Assembly (NCBI GenBank): GCA_964619365.1
Contig: CAZUDQ010000004.1
Coordinates: forward strand, 3,963-67,962
Direction: 5' to 3'
From: an uncultured archaeon
GTDB taxonomy: Archaea > Altiarchaeota > Altiarchaeia > JAFGQM01
Length of the DNA stretch: 64,000 bases
The notes under the pieces were generated by a model that was not told the DNA's origin, did no database searches, and was given only the letters and a program-made list of their open reading frames with translations. Below, one piece after another: positions 55,572-64,000 of the stretch. Position numbers and translations under genes: made by a program. Every line of letters starts with the position of its first letter. Position 1 is the stretch's first letter.

Positions 55572-58500
55572 ATGAAAACCACAACAATTGGAAGGATTGG
55601 AGCCGTAGTGGCCGGTGCTGCAATGTTGGGTACCGCTGTCGCGAGCGCCTTTGCGGGCGCAGCCGTTGATGCAAACCTTACTAAGGGCTTCTTCTTCGAT
55701 GCCAACATGAACCCACAGGTTCAGATGGTCGTCGGTGAGAAAGCAATGGCATCAGATGGTGCAGCAGCAGGCCAAATTGCAGCCATGATCGGAAACATGG
55801 CATATACCACCGAAACAAAAACAATCGGAGGTACAGAAAAAACAGTATCCGGAGGCACAGCAACATGCACACCCTCAGCAGCAGAGTGTGCAAAAGGCGG
55901 TGTAGCTAAAGGAACCGTTATCCTCAGTTATGAGGCAGCGGGAATGATTGGAGAACTCCAGCAGAAAGCGATGGATTGCGAAATCTACACATCCTCAGGG
56001 ATGGAGATGAACAACCTCACAGACGGCGGAGATTCAGGATCTTGGTGCTCGGACAATGAAGTGTTCACATACAAGACGAATGTCGGAACAACACTTGTTG
56101 GCGCATGTGCAACAGTATCTGGAGCAGACGTTGGCCTTCTTAAGGACGGCGAATTCGCAAACGAGATTTGCACAATCTGTTACAACTACTGTGATATCGC
56201 ACTAGGATGTGAGCCACACAGGATGTATGAGTGGATAAACCTCTCATGCGACAAAGTCGGTGTGACATACGACTGTGATGACGAGAAGCTAGAGTTTGAC
56301 ATCAAAGATGGAGCAATAGTATACAATGTCTTTACTGACGATATACTTTCAGGCGACGTCGAAAACGATGAGACAAACCCAAAGCTTGTTGGTCAGTCTT
56401 ACCTTGGTAAGATAATCCTCGGTCAGCAGGAGTACTATGTAGAAGATTTAAAAGATGACAAGATCACAATAGTTTGTGGTGCTACAGGAACCGCGACAAC
56501 TTCAGCATCAATGGAGTATACAACTCCAGCCGAAGGTGGTGTCAATGGTGTTGCTTGTGCTCCAGCTGTCGGTGCAGATGCACAGACATACAGCATAAAG
56601 CTTGTCGGCGCACAAACAATTGAAGAAAAAGGTGTTGTTGATGTAACTCTTGAAGTAACAAAGCCAGACGGAACAGTCGAGCAGGTAACATCCGGAATGT
56701 CCGGAACGCCCGTTGTCGGTGACGTCAAGGTAAAACTCCAGAGAGGAACCGCAGCATCAAACGTCATCACAGGTGAGCAGTCTTTCTCAGCTGAGATTCT
56801 TGTTTGGTACGTACCATCAGAATACGTATTCGAAGATGATGAACAGTACGATGAGATGGGCCGTGACACAGAAGACATGGACGACGACGACGTACGCGCA
56901 GAGTACTCAATTGCCTTCAACGGTGGAGAGCCTTTAGATATAACAGATCTTTGTTTCCCATCAGGGGATAACCTAGAAGACAAAGAGATACTCTATAATG
57001 GCAGCACATCACTTGGCGACCTTGACATCAAGGAAAACAAGCAGTGTACAGATTGTTACGACGAAGCCAATACAAATGACTTGGACACAGCAGTCCTACG
57101 TTTCTTGGAGTTCACACTCCAGAATGTTGACGAGGATCTAGCAGAAGGAGACTACCTCAGCCTACCGTTTAACGATGGCAAGTACCTCCTTTCCGACATC
57201 AAGTTCGGTTACGCAGGCCTATTCGACGACAACTTCGTAAGCTATGCAAATCAGGACAAAGTAGAGATGACCTTTGAGATTTCAGATATTGATATCTGGA
57301 ATGCAACAGAGAGTGAATCCTACTCTTGGAGAAGCAAGCTTACTGTGAAGTACAAGGACAAGTACGACGAAACCATAACGGCACGTATGGATCAGGGACC
57401 ATTCCTCACGACAAACGAAATCGTGATGATTGAAAACATACCTGTAAAGATCCGCAAGCTGCAGTGGGACAGTGACCTAGGAAACTGGGTACTTAAGTAC
57501 CGTGCAAAGGATGGCTCAAGCTGGGATGACAGTGACACACTTGTGAACATTGCAGGTACATCCACAGCAGCCTTAGTTGTTGACGCACAGGTCATTAACG
57601 CAAATGCGACTGCAAATTACGCAAACACATCAACGACAATCGCAGGAAAGGCAGTTGACTTGTATGTTGTGAACACCACAGATTCGGATGACAAGGAGCT
57701 TTATATCATGTCAGATGGATCAACTGAGGCGCTTCTTGCAACAACAGCTAACCAGGACGTACAAACGCAGTTTAAGGACAAGGTAGTCTTTAGTGCAACA
57801 GGAAATATCATAACAGTAGACGGTGCATCAACAGCTGGTGCAGCAAACGCAGTTACGATAAACTTCTATGAGCACTATGGCAACGCCAGTGCTTGTATAC
57901 CAGGTGCAGTTCAGACAGAGTGCTCGCTTGAGAACAACTCAAACGTAAGCGTGTCTTGCTCGCTCTCTGGCGACTGTGCAAAGATTTCAACCGGTAAGGA
58001 CGACGGAAAGCTAATTTCGCTCTCTGGCGCCATGATCGATGTTGAAGGTGACGAAGACGTTGAAGTAAACAGTGAGCAGGAGTACCCACAGGCATCAGAC
58101 GCAATCACAAAGGTTGTTATGACTGTCCCTGAAAAGAAGGTACGCCCAACATTGTTCCTCGGACTTGACAGTTCAGTCAACTCGAGCACCGTAATCATCA
58201 CTGAAGAGCTTGTTGAAACAATAGTTTCAATTGGCGGCGTTGAAGTCTTAGTCGAAGAGTTTGGTATTGAAGCCATTATAGCAGGCGTTGAAGTAATCGG
58301 CGGTGAACCTGTAACAGTAGCATGTGACCCAGTCACAGTAGCCTGTGATACAGAAACCCTCGAGGTCGGAACACCTGTAAACATTGGTTACAAGCTCGTA
58401 GTCGTAGAAGGCCAGCAGAACTCTGCAAAGAACCTCGTACTTGTCGGTGGTCCGGCTGTAAACAGCCTCACAAAAGACCTCGTCACAGTCGACGACCTTT

Positions 58501-58619
58501 GTAAGGGTGCTTCGCAGGTCAAACTCTATGGCAACAAGCTACTTGTTGCAGGTTGCAGTGCATCAGACACAGCAGCTGCCGCGACAGAGCTTGAGGCTTG
58601 GATATCAGCAAATCTCTAA
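55572..58619 (+). CDS. Major S-layer protein (S_layer_N/S_layer_C type), Cys-rich
   Basis: IGAVVAGAAMLGTAVA signal, VVGEKA.ASDG..A..IAA N-domain, NLVLVGGPAVNSL..LLVAG C-domain; ATG at 55572. Confidence 0.88.
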   Translation: MKTTTIGRIGAVVAGAAMLGTAVASAFAGAAVDANLTKGFFFDANMNPQVQMVVGEKAMASDGAAAGQIAAMIGNMAYTTETKTIGGTEKTVSGGTATCTPSAAECAKGGVAKGTVILSYEAAGMIGELQQKAMDCEIYTSSGMEMNNLTDGGDSGSWCSDNEVFTYKTNVGTTLVGACATVSGADVGLLKDGEFANEICTICYNYCDIALGCEPHRMYEWINLSCDKVGVTYDCDDEKLEFDIKDGAIVYNVFTDDILSGDVENDETNPKLVGQSYLGKIILGQQEYYVEDLKDDKITIVCGATGTATTSASMEYTTPAEGGVNGVACAPAVGADAQTYSIKLVGAQTIEEKGVVDVTLEVTKPDGTVEQVTSGMSGTPVVGDVKVKLQRGTAASNVITGEQSFSAEILVWYVPSEYVFEDDEQYDEMGRDTEDMDDDDVRAEYSIAFNGGEPLDITDLCFPSGDNLEDKEILYNGSTSLGDLDIKENKQCTDCYDEANTNDLDTAVLRFLEFTLQNVDEDLAEGDYLSLPFNDGKYLLSDIKFGYAGLFDDNFVSYANQDKVEMTFEISDIDIWNATESESYSWRSKLTVKYKDKYDETITARMDQGPFLTTNEIVMIENIPVKIRKLQWDSDLGNWVLKYRAKDGSSWDDSDTLVNIAGTSTAALVVDAQVINANATANYANTSTTIAGKAVDLYVVNTTDSDDKELYIMSDGSTEALLATTANQDVQTQFKDKVVFSATGNIITVDGASTAGAANAVTINFYEHYGNASACIPGAVQTECSLENNSNVSVSCSLSGDCAKISTGKDDGKLISLSGAMIDVEGDEDVEVNSEQEYPQASDAITKVVMTVPEKKVRPTLFLGLDSSVNSSTVIITEELVETIVSIGGVEVLVEEFGIEAIIAGVEVIGGEPVTVACDPVTVACDTETLEVGTPVNIGYKLVVVEGQQNSAKNLVLVGGPAVNSLTKDLVTVDDLCKGASQVKLYGNKLLVAGCSASDTAAAATELEAWISANL

Positions 58620-58643
58620 AGAGACTAGCTACTACCTGAACAA

Positions 58644-58680
58644 TAGCCCCCGTAAAAAGGGGCTAGCTTTTTTATTTTTT
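58644..58680 (+). terminator. Hairpin plus T-tract terminator after the S-layer gene
   Basis: TAGCCCC-CGTAAAAA-GGGGCTA followed by GCTTTTTTATTTTTT. Confidence 0.8.
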
Positions 58681-58810
58681 AGTATGTACGACCGGGTGAC
58701 CTCCAAGCGGGGCGCCTAGTCTGTCTACTCTTTTTCTATTAAATTAACTCTTTTTTATATCCAACTTCTAATTTCACGCATCTATTTACTCTATTTACTC
58801 TGGGGTATCC

Positions 58811-59824
58811 ATGGCAAAAACACCTGTAAAAAAGGCCCCAAAGGGGGATTTTTCAGCATATGAGGATAAAGACCTCAAAGTTTCGCACATAGAAGACATA
58901 ATTCCGGAAAAAGCAAAGAAAGGATTTAGGATAGGAAACAATGTCCTTTGGGCGGCATTTGCACTAGTTCTTATTATATTTATAGCATACCCATTTTTTG
59001 GGAATATTGTCACAAAGGAACCCTCACAGACAACAACGATAAATGGTATTAAAGTATCGGCTGACGGAGACCCAATCTCTGCGATAAAATCAATGCCGCA
59101 AATGCATCTTAGCGCAAAGCGCCTTGATGATTATGACGACTCACACGATGCGATAAACGAGATATATGTTACACTCGCTCAGACAAGCGGACAGGCAATA
59201 GCCGGGTCAAAAACGCTTCTTGTTGGAATCGACAAAAACGAGCCTGCGGGCATCACTTTCGGAAAGGATACGATAAAAGTAGTTGGCGCCGATGGCTCAT
59301 CTCTCTGGAACGCCGTCTGGGCACTTACCTCAACTTTACAGGATTTAACGATAGATTCGGGCGGAATGGATCTTTATGAGGTTAAGGACTCTTTTGCAGG
59401 AAAGAAAAATATCTATTTTATTCAAAATCTAAGCGACACGTGCGTTAATTATGGCAGTATAGTTTCAGCTGAAGGCGACATCTTCACATCCATTGGACTA
59501 AAACAGGCTGAGTATGGCGCCCTTGTAACCCACATATACTCTGACGGAAATTTATGTTGGAACGCAACAGATTTAAACGAGAGCAAGTTTGATTGCCCAA
59601 AAGCCAGCCCTGATGATTATGTTATATGGATGACACGCGGAGATTCAGCCCGCCTTGACATAAGTCCGGATGACATGACATTTACATACGTATCCTGTTC
59701 TCAAGTACCTCTACAATCAACAATAGTCGCTGACATAATAGAACCGACACGCGTGAGTGCGATTGCAGGCATAGTATTCCCTGAAAACTCAGGTTCTCTA
59801 AGTTACGGACTTGAAGAATTCTAA
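58811..59824 (+). CDS. Hypothetical single-TM surface protein
   Basis: 337-aa ORF with an N-proximal TM; no recognised motif. Confidence 0.7.
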   Translation: MAKTPVKKAPKGDFSAYEDKDLKVSHIEDIIPEKAKKGFRIGNNVLWAAFALVLIIFIAYPFFGNIVTKEPSQTTTINGIKVSADGDPISAIKSMPQMHLSAKRLDDYDDSHDAINEIYVTLAQTSGQAIAGSKTLLVGIDKNEPAGITFGKDTIKVVGADGSSLWNAVWALTSTLQDLTIDSGGMDLYEVKDSFAGKKNIYFIQNLSDTCVNYGSIVSAEGDIFTSIGLKQAEYGALVTHIYSDGNLCWNATDLNESKFDCPKASPDDYVIWMTRGDSARLDISPDDMTFTYVSCSQVPLQSTIVADIIEPTRVSAIAGIVFPENSGSLSYGLEEF

Positions 59825-59845
59825 ATTTAACAAACCTTTTTTGAA

Positions 59846-60922
59846 ATGGCAGACAACGGATCACTTGTGGACGGAAAAGTAGTAAAAGAGATGTATGAAG
59901 ACGGTGCAGTTTATACTTCTTTTGGAGACTATTGGCGGCGCAGGTACGGCTACAAAGTCTTTAAGATACCTCTTAACGGGAATTTCACATGCCCTAATTG
60001 GGACGGACGACTTTCAGACTCTGGGTGCACATTTTGCCCTTCTTTTGCACGCCAGTTCACATACGAAAGCTTCCGCGACGTTCTTGACAAAGAAGTAAAA
60101 GAGCAGGTAAAACACCAGATAAATCACTATAAGTCAATGGGCGCCGGAGAAAAAGCGCAGGTGTATGTTGCATTTGGAACAAACACATATAAGCCACTTC
60201 CCGAACTAAAAAAACTCTTTGATGCGTGTCTTGACCACCCTGATGTAATAGGGTTATCTGTCGGAACGCGCCCTGATTGCCTTCCTGATGAGGTTCTTGA
60301 CCTTCTTGGAAGCTATGTTAAACAGGGAAAAGACGTATGGATAGAGCTTGGAACGCAGTCAGTTCACATGCACACTCTTGAGCGCGTACAGCGAAGGCAT
60401 GGCTTTGCCGAAAACATCCGCGTTGTAAATGAAGCACACAAACGTGGCATCTCAGTAATTGCATTTATCATAATGGGAATGCCCTATGAGACTCCTACTG
60501 AAATGAACGAAACTGCAAGAATTGTTTCTGTAATGGGTTTTGACGCAGTAAAGTTCTATCCCCTTGTAGTAATGGAAAATACAATCCTTGCAAACCAGTT
60601 TCGCGAGGGCGACTACAGGCCTCTTGGGAGGGATGAATATGTTAATATAACCGCAGATTTCCTTGAACACCTTGATAAGGATGTCATTATACAAAGATTA
60701 TCAAAGGATTGCGGCATGGAGGGAAAGCTTGCTCCGGAATGGGACACATACCGCCTTAAGATAGCGCCACGTGTTGAAAAGGAACTTAAACGCAGGGGAA
60801 CCCACCAAGGAGACAAGTTAAAGCTCACACTAAGCGTTGAAGAGCTTGTCCCGCTAAAAGATGCAGAAACAAACATCATTCGCCGCGAAAAAGCTGATGA
60901 TGCAAAGCGAGTAAAGCTTTAA
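59846..60922 (+). CDS. TIGR01212 (YhcC-like) radical SAM protein
   Basis: KIPLNGNFTCPNWDG...GCTFC, GTNTY, VGTRPDCL, ELGTQS, KFYPL, IQRL. Confidence 0.9.
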   Translation: MADNGSLVDGKVVKEMYEDGAVYTSFGDYWRRRYGYKVFKIPLNGNFTCPNWDGRLSDSGCTFCPSFARQFTYESFRDVLDKEVKEQVKHQINHYKSMGAGEKAQVYVAFGTNTYKPLPELKKLFDACLDHPDVIGLSVGTRPDCLPDEVLDLLGSYVKQGKDVWIELGTQSVHMHTLERVQRRHGFAENIRVVNEAHKRGISVIAFIIMGMPYETPTEMNETARIVSVMGFDAVKFYPLVVMENTILANQFREGDYRPLGRDEYVNITADFLEHLDKDVIIQRLSKDCGMEGKLAPEWDTYRLKIAPRVEKELKRRGTHQGDKLKLTLSVEELVPLKDAETNIIRREKADDAKRVKL

Positions 60923-61062
60923 TTCCGCCAATCGGATTGTTAAGGGCGTAAAAATAGGACTTCTTTGAAAGCAAAATGAGTAATAGCTCTTGCTAAGTTT
61001 ACAGCAAAAGCTAAGGTGCAAATAGAACAAAAGAAAAGGAACTAATAGATAAGTCCCTTAGT

Positions 61063-61974
61063 TTAGTCTAAATCCTGTAAGAACAAGAGATCCTCAGTCT
61101 TAATGACTCCACCGCCCTTAAGTGCGGACATAAGATCGTCGGTCTTTTCTTCTTGGTCCTTCTTGAGCTTTTCAATCTGCTCGCGCCTCTCTCGTGTTCT
61201 CTTGATGCCTTGTGCATCTTCTTCAGCACGGAGTTCATTTAAGGCGACAACAAATTTTTCATGGGCAAGGTCGACTTCCCTTTTTGTCTCAAGGAATATT
61301 TCCTCAGCCTTTTTTGCTTTCTCACGCTTGCCGTCTACTTTTTTGTAGATTTCATGCATGGCCGCATGGGCTTCTTCACCCCTGTCGGATTGTCCAAGAA
61401 GTTCCTTGTGAAATTGATCTGCCCGTGTTCTAAGAGTTTTTAGTTCTTTGTCAAGGTTTTTTGCCTCAGAAGTTACGGGAACCGATTCTTCGTAGTCTGC
61501 AAGCTTTATTGCAAGTGTTTCAATCTGGCGCACCATGACCTTTTCACGGGCTTTTGAGACTGGTGAGGTCTGAAGTTTCCATTCAAGGCGCTCAGCTTCT
61601 TCCTTGGTTTTTTCGTACTCTCTGCGGTTCATGCCGCCGGTACTTACACCACGCATGCTTGAGAGGGCTTTGTTCATCTCAGCAATCTTAGCGTTTGCTT
61701 CGTCGCGTTTAATCTTGAATTCCGAGACTTTCTTATTTGCGTCGTCTCGAGTCTCCTTGTGTACTCTAGCCTCTTTTAGGAGCTTATCAATCTCATTGTA
61801 AAAACCCATGATACTGTCGCGTTTTGAGCGCAACTTGGCGTTAAGGTCGTCGCGCTCCTTTTTTGCAGCGTTGACTTTAACCCTCAAAGTATCTAGTCTC
61901 TTTTTACCGTCTTTCTTACCTTCTTTTGGCACATTTGCCTCTACCGTCTTGTTGTTCGTCGTTTCGGAAGCCAT
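61063..61974 (-). CDS. Archaeal coiled-coil protein (COG1340-like)
   Basis: Long heptads; R..LN, RD..N..V, LEW.LQT...S...E, H..........AD..H. Confidence 0.8.
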   Translation of the reverse strand: MASETTNNKTVEANVPKEGKKDGKKRLDTLRVKVNAAKKERDDLNAKLRSKRDSIMGFYNEIDKLLKEARVHKETRDDANKKVSEFKIKRDEANAKIAEMNKALSSMRGVSTGGMNRREYEKTKEEAERLEWKLQTSPVSKAREKVMVRQIETLAIKLADYEESVPVTSEAKNLDKELKTLRTRADQFHKELLGQSDRGEEAHAAMHEIYKKVDGKREKAKKAEEIFLETKREVDLAHEKFVVALNELRAEEDAQGIKRTRERREQIEKLKKDQEEKTDDLMSALKGGGVIKTEDLLFLQDLD

Positions 61975-62037
61975 TTACATCGAGCCTCGTTTATAAAATT
62001 AATACAAATCTAAGGATTATCGAGTAGTTAGAGGATT

Positions 62038-62055
62038 AGGGTATTTAAATACCCT
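62038..62055. promoter_or_regulatory. Perfect 18-bp palindrome containing a TATA-like core
   Basis: AGGGTATTTAAATACCCT equals its own reverse complement. Confidence 0.5.
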
Positions 62056-62101
62056 GGTTCCACCCAATCCATTTAAAGAGAGATTATTAAATAAAAAAAT
62101 T

Positions 62102-62121
62102 AAAAAAGAGGCTTTTGCCTC
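62102..62121 (-). terminator. Hairpin plus T-tract terminator (minus strand)
   Basis: Minus strand GAGGC-AAAA-GCCTC-TTTTTT, downstream of the ORF ending at 62142. Confidence 0.7.
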
Positions 62122-62141
62122 CCTTCTTTTTCCTTAATTAA

Positions 62142-62408
62142 TTATATGTCAAAGGAAATGTTTTCTTCTAAGAATTGTTCCACTTCATCTAATTCGGCAA
62201 TCATGCCATCTATTTTTTGCAGTTCTTCTTCAAGGGCGCTTAAATCTAAAGTTTCACTTTTGTCCTCAAGACCGGTGATACCCGTTACTATGGGTTCTTT
62301 TTCCTTTGGCGTGTTTGTGCCACCCATAAGCAGTACAGAGACGATTACCAATATAGCAACAAGGGCGATTGCACCAATAATTATTCTTTTGTCCATTTTG
62401 ATAGTCAT
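62142..62408 (-). CDS. Small single-TM protein with acidic helix
   Basis: N-terminal TM, acidic C-terminus, terminator downstream. Confidence 0.7.
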   Translation of the reverse strand: MTIKMDKRIIIGAIALVAILVIVSVLLMGGTNTPKEKEPIVTGITGLEDKSETLDLSALEEELQKIDGMIAELDEVEQFLEENISFDI

Positions 62409-63277
62409 AGTGTATTATCTGTCTTAAGTTCTGTAATCAAATCAGACAGAAGACCTCTTGCCGTTTCTAGTTTTTCTCGGGTCTGCGTTATGTAACGATT
62501 GACCAGCCCTTCTCCCAAGTCCGATAAGTTGCCAAGACTAAGACCCGCTTCATCCATAGCAGAATCAAACTTGTCAATAACTGAACTTATCTTATCTGAG
62601 CTGTTTCCCGCAGTCAAGCGAGTCTTTATTTGCTCACGCAGGGCTCTAGTCAGATTTTTTGTGACATCTGTCGCATTTTTTATCCGTTCCCTAATCCTAA
62701 CGCTTTCTTGCAACGCGATTTCTTCTCTTAACCTGGCAAACTCTTCTTTGACCTTTGGTGCAACTTCCCTTAGTTGCCCCATAGTCTCAGAGTTCATGAC
62801 CTTTTCCCTATAACTATCAAAGGTTGTAACTATTCCGGAAAGCGTTCTATTTTTGATTTCCCCCGCGCTTGCGTTTCCTGCGACCTTGCGCATTTGAGCC
62901 TCAGCCATCTTAAGCGAGTCGTTTACGGCGCTGAACAAATACCCCTTCGCATTCCTGAAATAGTCCTGTGAATTGTTATCGGCCTTTAGCGTCTGGTACT
63001 GTTTCTCAAGTTCGCCAAGACGTTTAGTCTCCGTCTTCATGTTTGTGGCACTAACAGCCTTCAGGGGGGCAGAATCTGTATTTCTTACCGCAACAATGTT
63101 TGCATTTTGCACATTTTTTACACTGTCGTTTACCTGTATTGCAACGGCCGTGATGCTTTTTGCATTAGTTGTTTTGGCAGTCTTTGCATCAAGTATTGGC
63201 GCGCCGAGTGCGCATGGCATGGCAAAAGATAAAAGAACTAAAGCCAAAACCATTCCCATTAAATAGTTTTTTTTCAT
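62405..63277 (-). CDS. Hypothetical secreted helical protein (start moved to ATG 63277)
   Basis: MKKNYLMGMVLALVLLSFA signal peptide; coiled-coil body. Confidence 0.7.
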   Translation of the reverse strand: MKKNYLMGMVLALVLLSFAMPCALGAPILDAKTAKTTNAKSITAVAIQVNDSVKNVQNANIVAVRNTDSAPLKAVSATNMKTETKRLGELEKQYQTLKADNNSQDYFRNAKGYLFSAVNDSLKMAEAQMRKVAGNASAGEIKNRTLSGIVTTFDSYREKVMNSETMGQLREVAPKVKEEFARLREEIALQESVRIRERIKNATDVTKNLTRALREQIKTRLTAGNSSDKISSVIDKFDSAMDEAGLSLGNLSDLGEGLVNRYITQTREKLETARGLLSDLITELKTDNTL

Positions 63278-63278
63278 T

Positions 63279-63623
63279 TTATTTTTTAGATTTATGTTTA
63301 ACCTTGACTGCGGTTCCATATGCGACAAATTCGAGAAGGTCGCCTCCCGGTGAAAGGGCTTCTAACCTGACTGAGACAACACCATTTGCACCCATATTCT
63401 GGGCTGAAGCAATCATTCGCTCACTTGCCGCCTGACGCGCTTCAGAAGCCTGCGCCTGCGCCACTTCTAAGAACTTTTTCTTGTTTCTTTCACGAACAGG
63501 ACCAATCCAGCTCTGTTTTTTCTTGAGGCGCACCTCAGTTCCCCAGCAAATGCCAAGAGTCTTTTCTAAAACATAACCCTCCGGAACGTCGCTTGTCGCG
63601 AGCAATATGAATTTATCAGCCAT
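63279..63623 (-). CDS. YbjQ/UPF0145 family protein
   Basis: [10 protein letters not shown]...LG...G, R..A.ERM...A..MGANGVV.VR, E..AYGTAV. Confidence 0.85.
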   Translation of the reverse strand: MADKFILLATSDVPEGYVLEKTLGICWGTEVRLKKKQSWIGPVRERNKKKFLEVAQAQASEARQAASERMIASAQNMGANGVVSVRLEALSPGGDLLEFVAYGTAVKVKHKSKK

Positions 63624-63671
63624 TTTTCTATACTTTTATTAGCTCTTTATGTAAATAAAGTCGTTTTAGAA

Positions 63672-64000
63672 ATGGAACTTGAGACTCCGTGGGTGGAGAA
63701 GTATCGTCCTCAGACAATTTCAGACGTCTCGGGGCACGATGAAATAAAACAGAGGCTTGAAGCTTATTCGCGCGAAAGTTCAATGCCGCACCTTCTTTTT
63801 GCAGGTCCTGCAGGCACTGGGAAGACAAGTAGCGCCCTTGCTCTTGCCAAGCAGGTTTTTGACGGTAGGATGGAAGGAAACTTCCTAGAACTCAATGCAA
63901 GTGATGAGCGTGGGATTGATGTCGTGCGAAACAATATAAAGGATTTTGCAAGGACAATGAGCCTTGGCGAGGCTCCATTTAAGATAATCTTTTTAGATGA
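63672..64000 (+). CDS. rfcS: Replication factor C small subunit, N-terminal part (runs off the window)
   Basis: Own translation from ATG 63672: [43 protein letters not shown]. Confidence 0.95.
   Translation, partial: MELETPWVEKYRPQTISDVSGHDEIKQRLEAYSRESSMPHLLFAGPAGTGKTSSALALAKQVFDGRMEGNFLELNASDERGIDVVRNNIKDFARTMSLGEAPFKIIFLD

Noticed and set aside
58687-58725. GC-rich hairpin (GAC-C-GGGTG-A-CCTC...GGGG-CGCCT-A-GTC) after the S-layer terminator
   Set aside because: It is short, matches no RNA family I recognise, and has no promoter evidence.

Overview
Core-chromosome segment of an uncultivated archaeon. A DPANN-like lineage is inferred from the gene content and the tRNA-Ile(UAU). The window holds the distal spc-type ribosomal operon (S8 to cbf5), an rpl7ae-rps28e-rpl24e-ndk operon, three aminoacyl-tRNA synthetases (GluRS, IleRS, ValRS), three tRNAs (Ser-GCU, Leu-UAG and an intron-containing Ile-UAU), an S-layer gene, transporters and assorted metabolic genes. 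I found no rRNA, CRISPR array, transposase or integrase. The most unusual locus is about 26.6-27.2 kb. A rare tRNA-Ile(UAU) with a 70-nt BHB intron is followed by two 94-bp-period units that re-use the tRNA 3' end and fold into acceptor-stem-like long hairpins, directly upstream of ileS, with a palindrome cluster on the other side of the tRNA. Other notable items are a stand-alone LanKC-N/OspF-like phosphothreonine-lyase-domain protein, an AT-rich luxE-luxC pair without luciferase, a 1596-aa dockerin/Cys-rich surface protein, a canonical K-turn in the rpl7ae leader, a divergent eS26, a complete anaerobic homocysteine-synthesis trio, and tandem-repeat expansions in several ribosomal proteins. 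All family assignments come from recalled motifs; no database searches were run.
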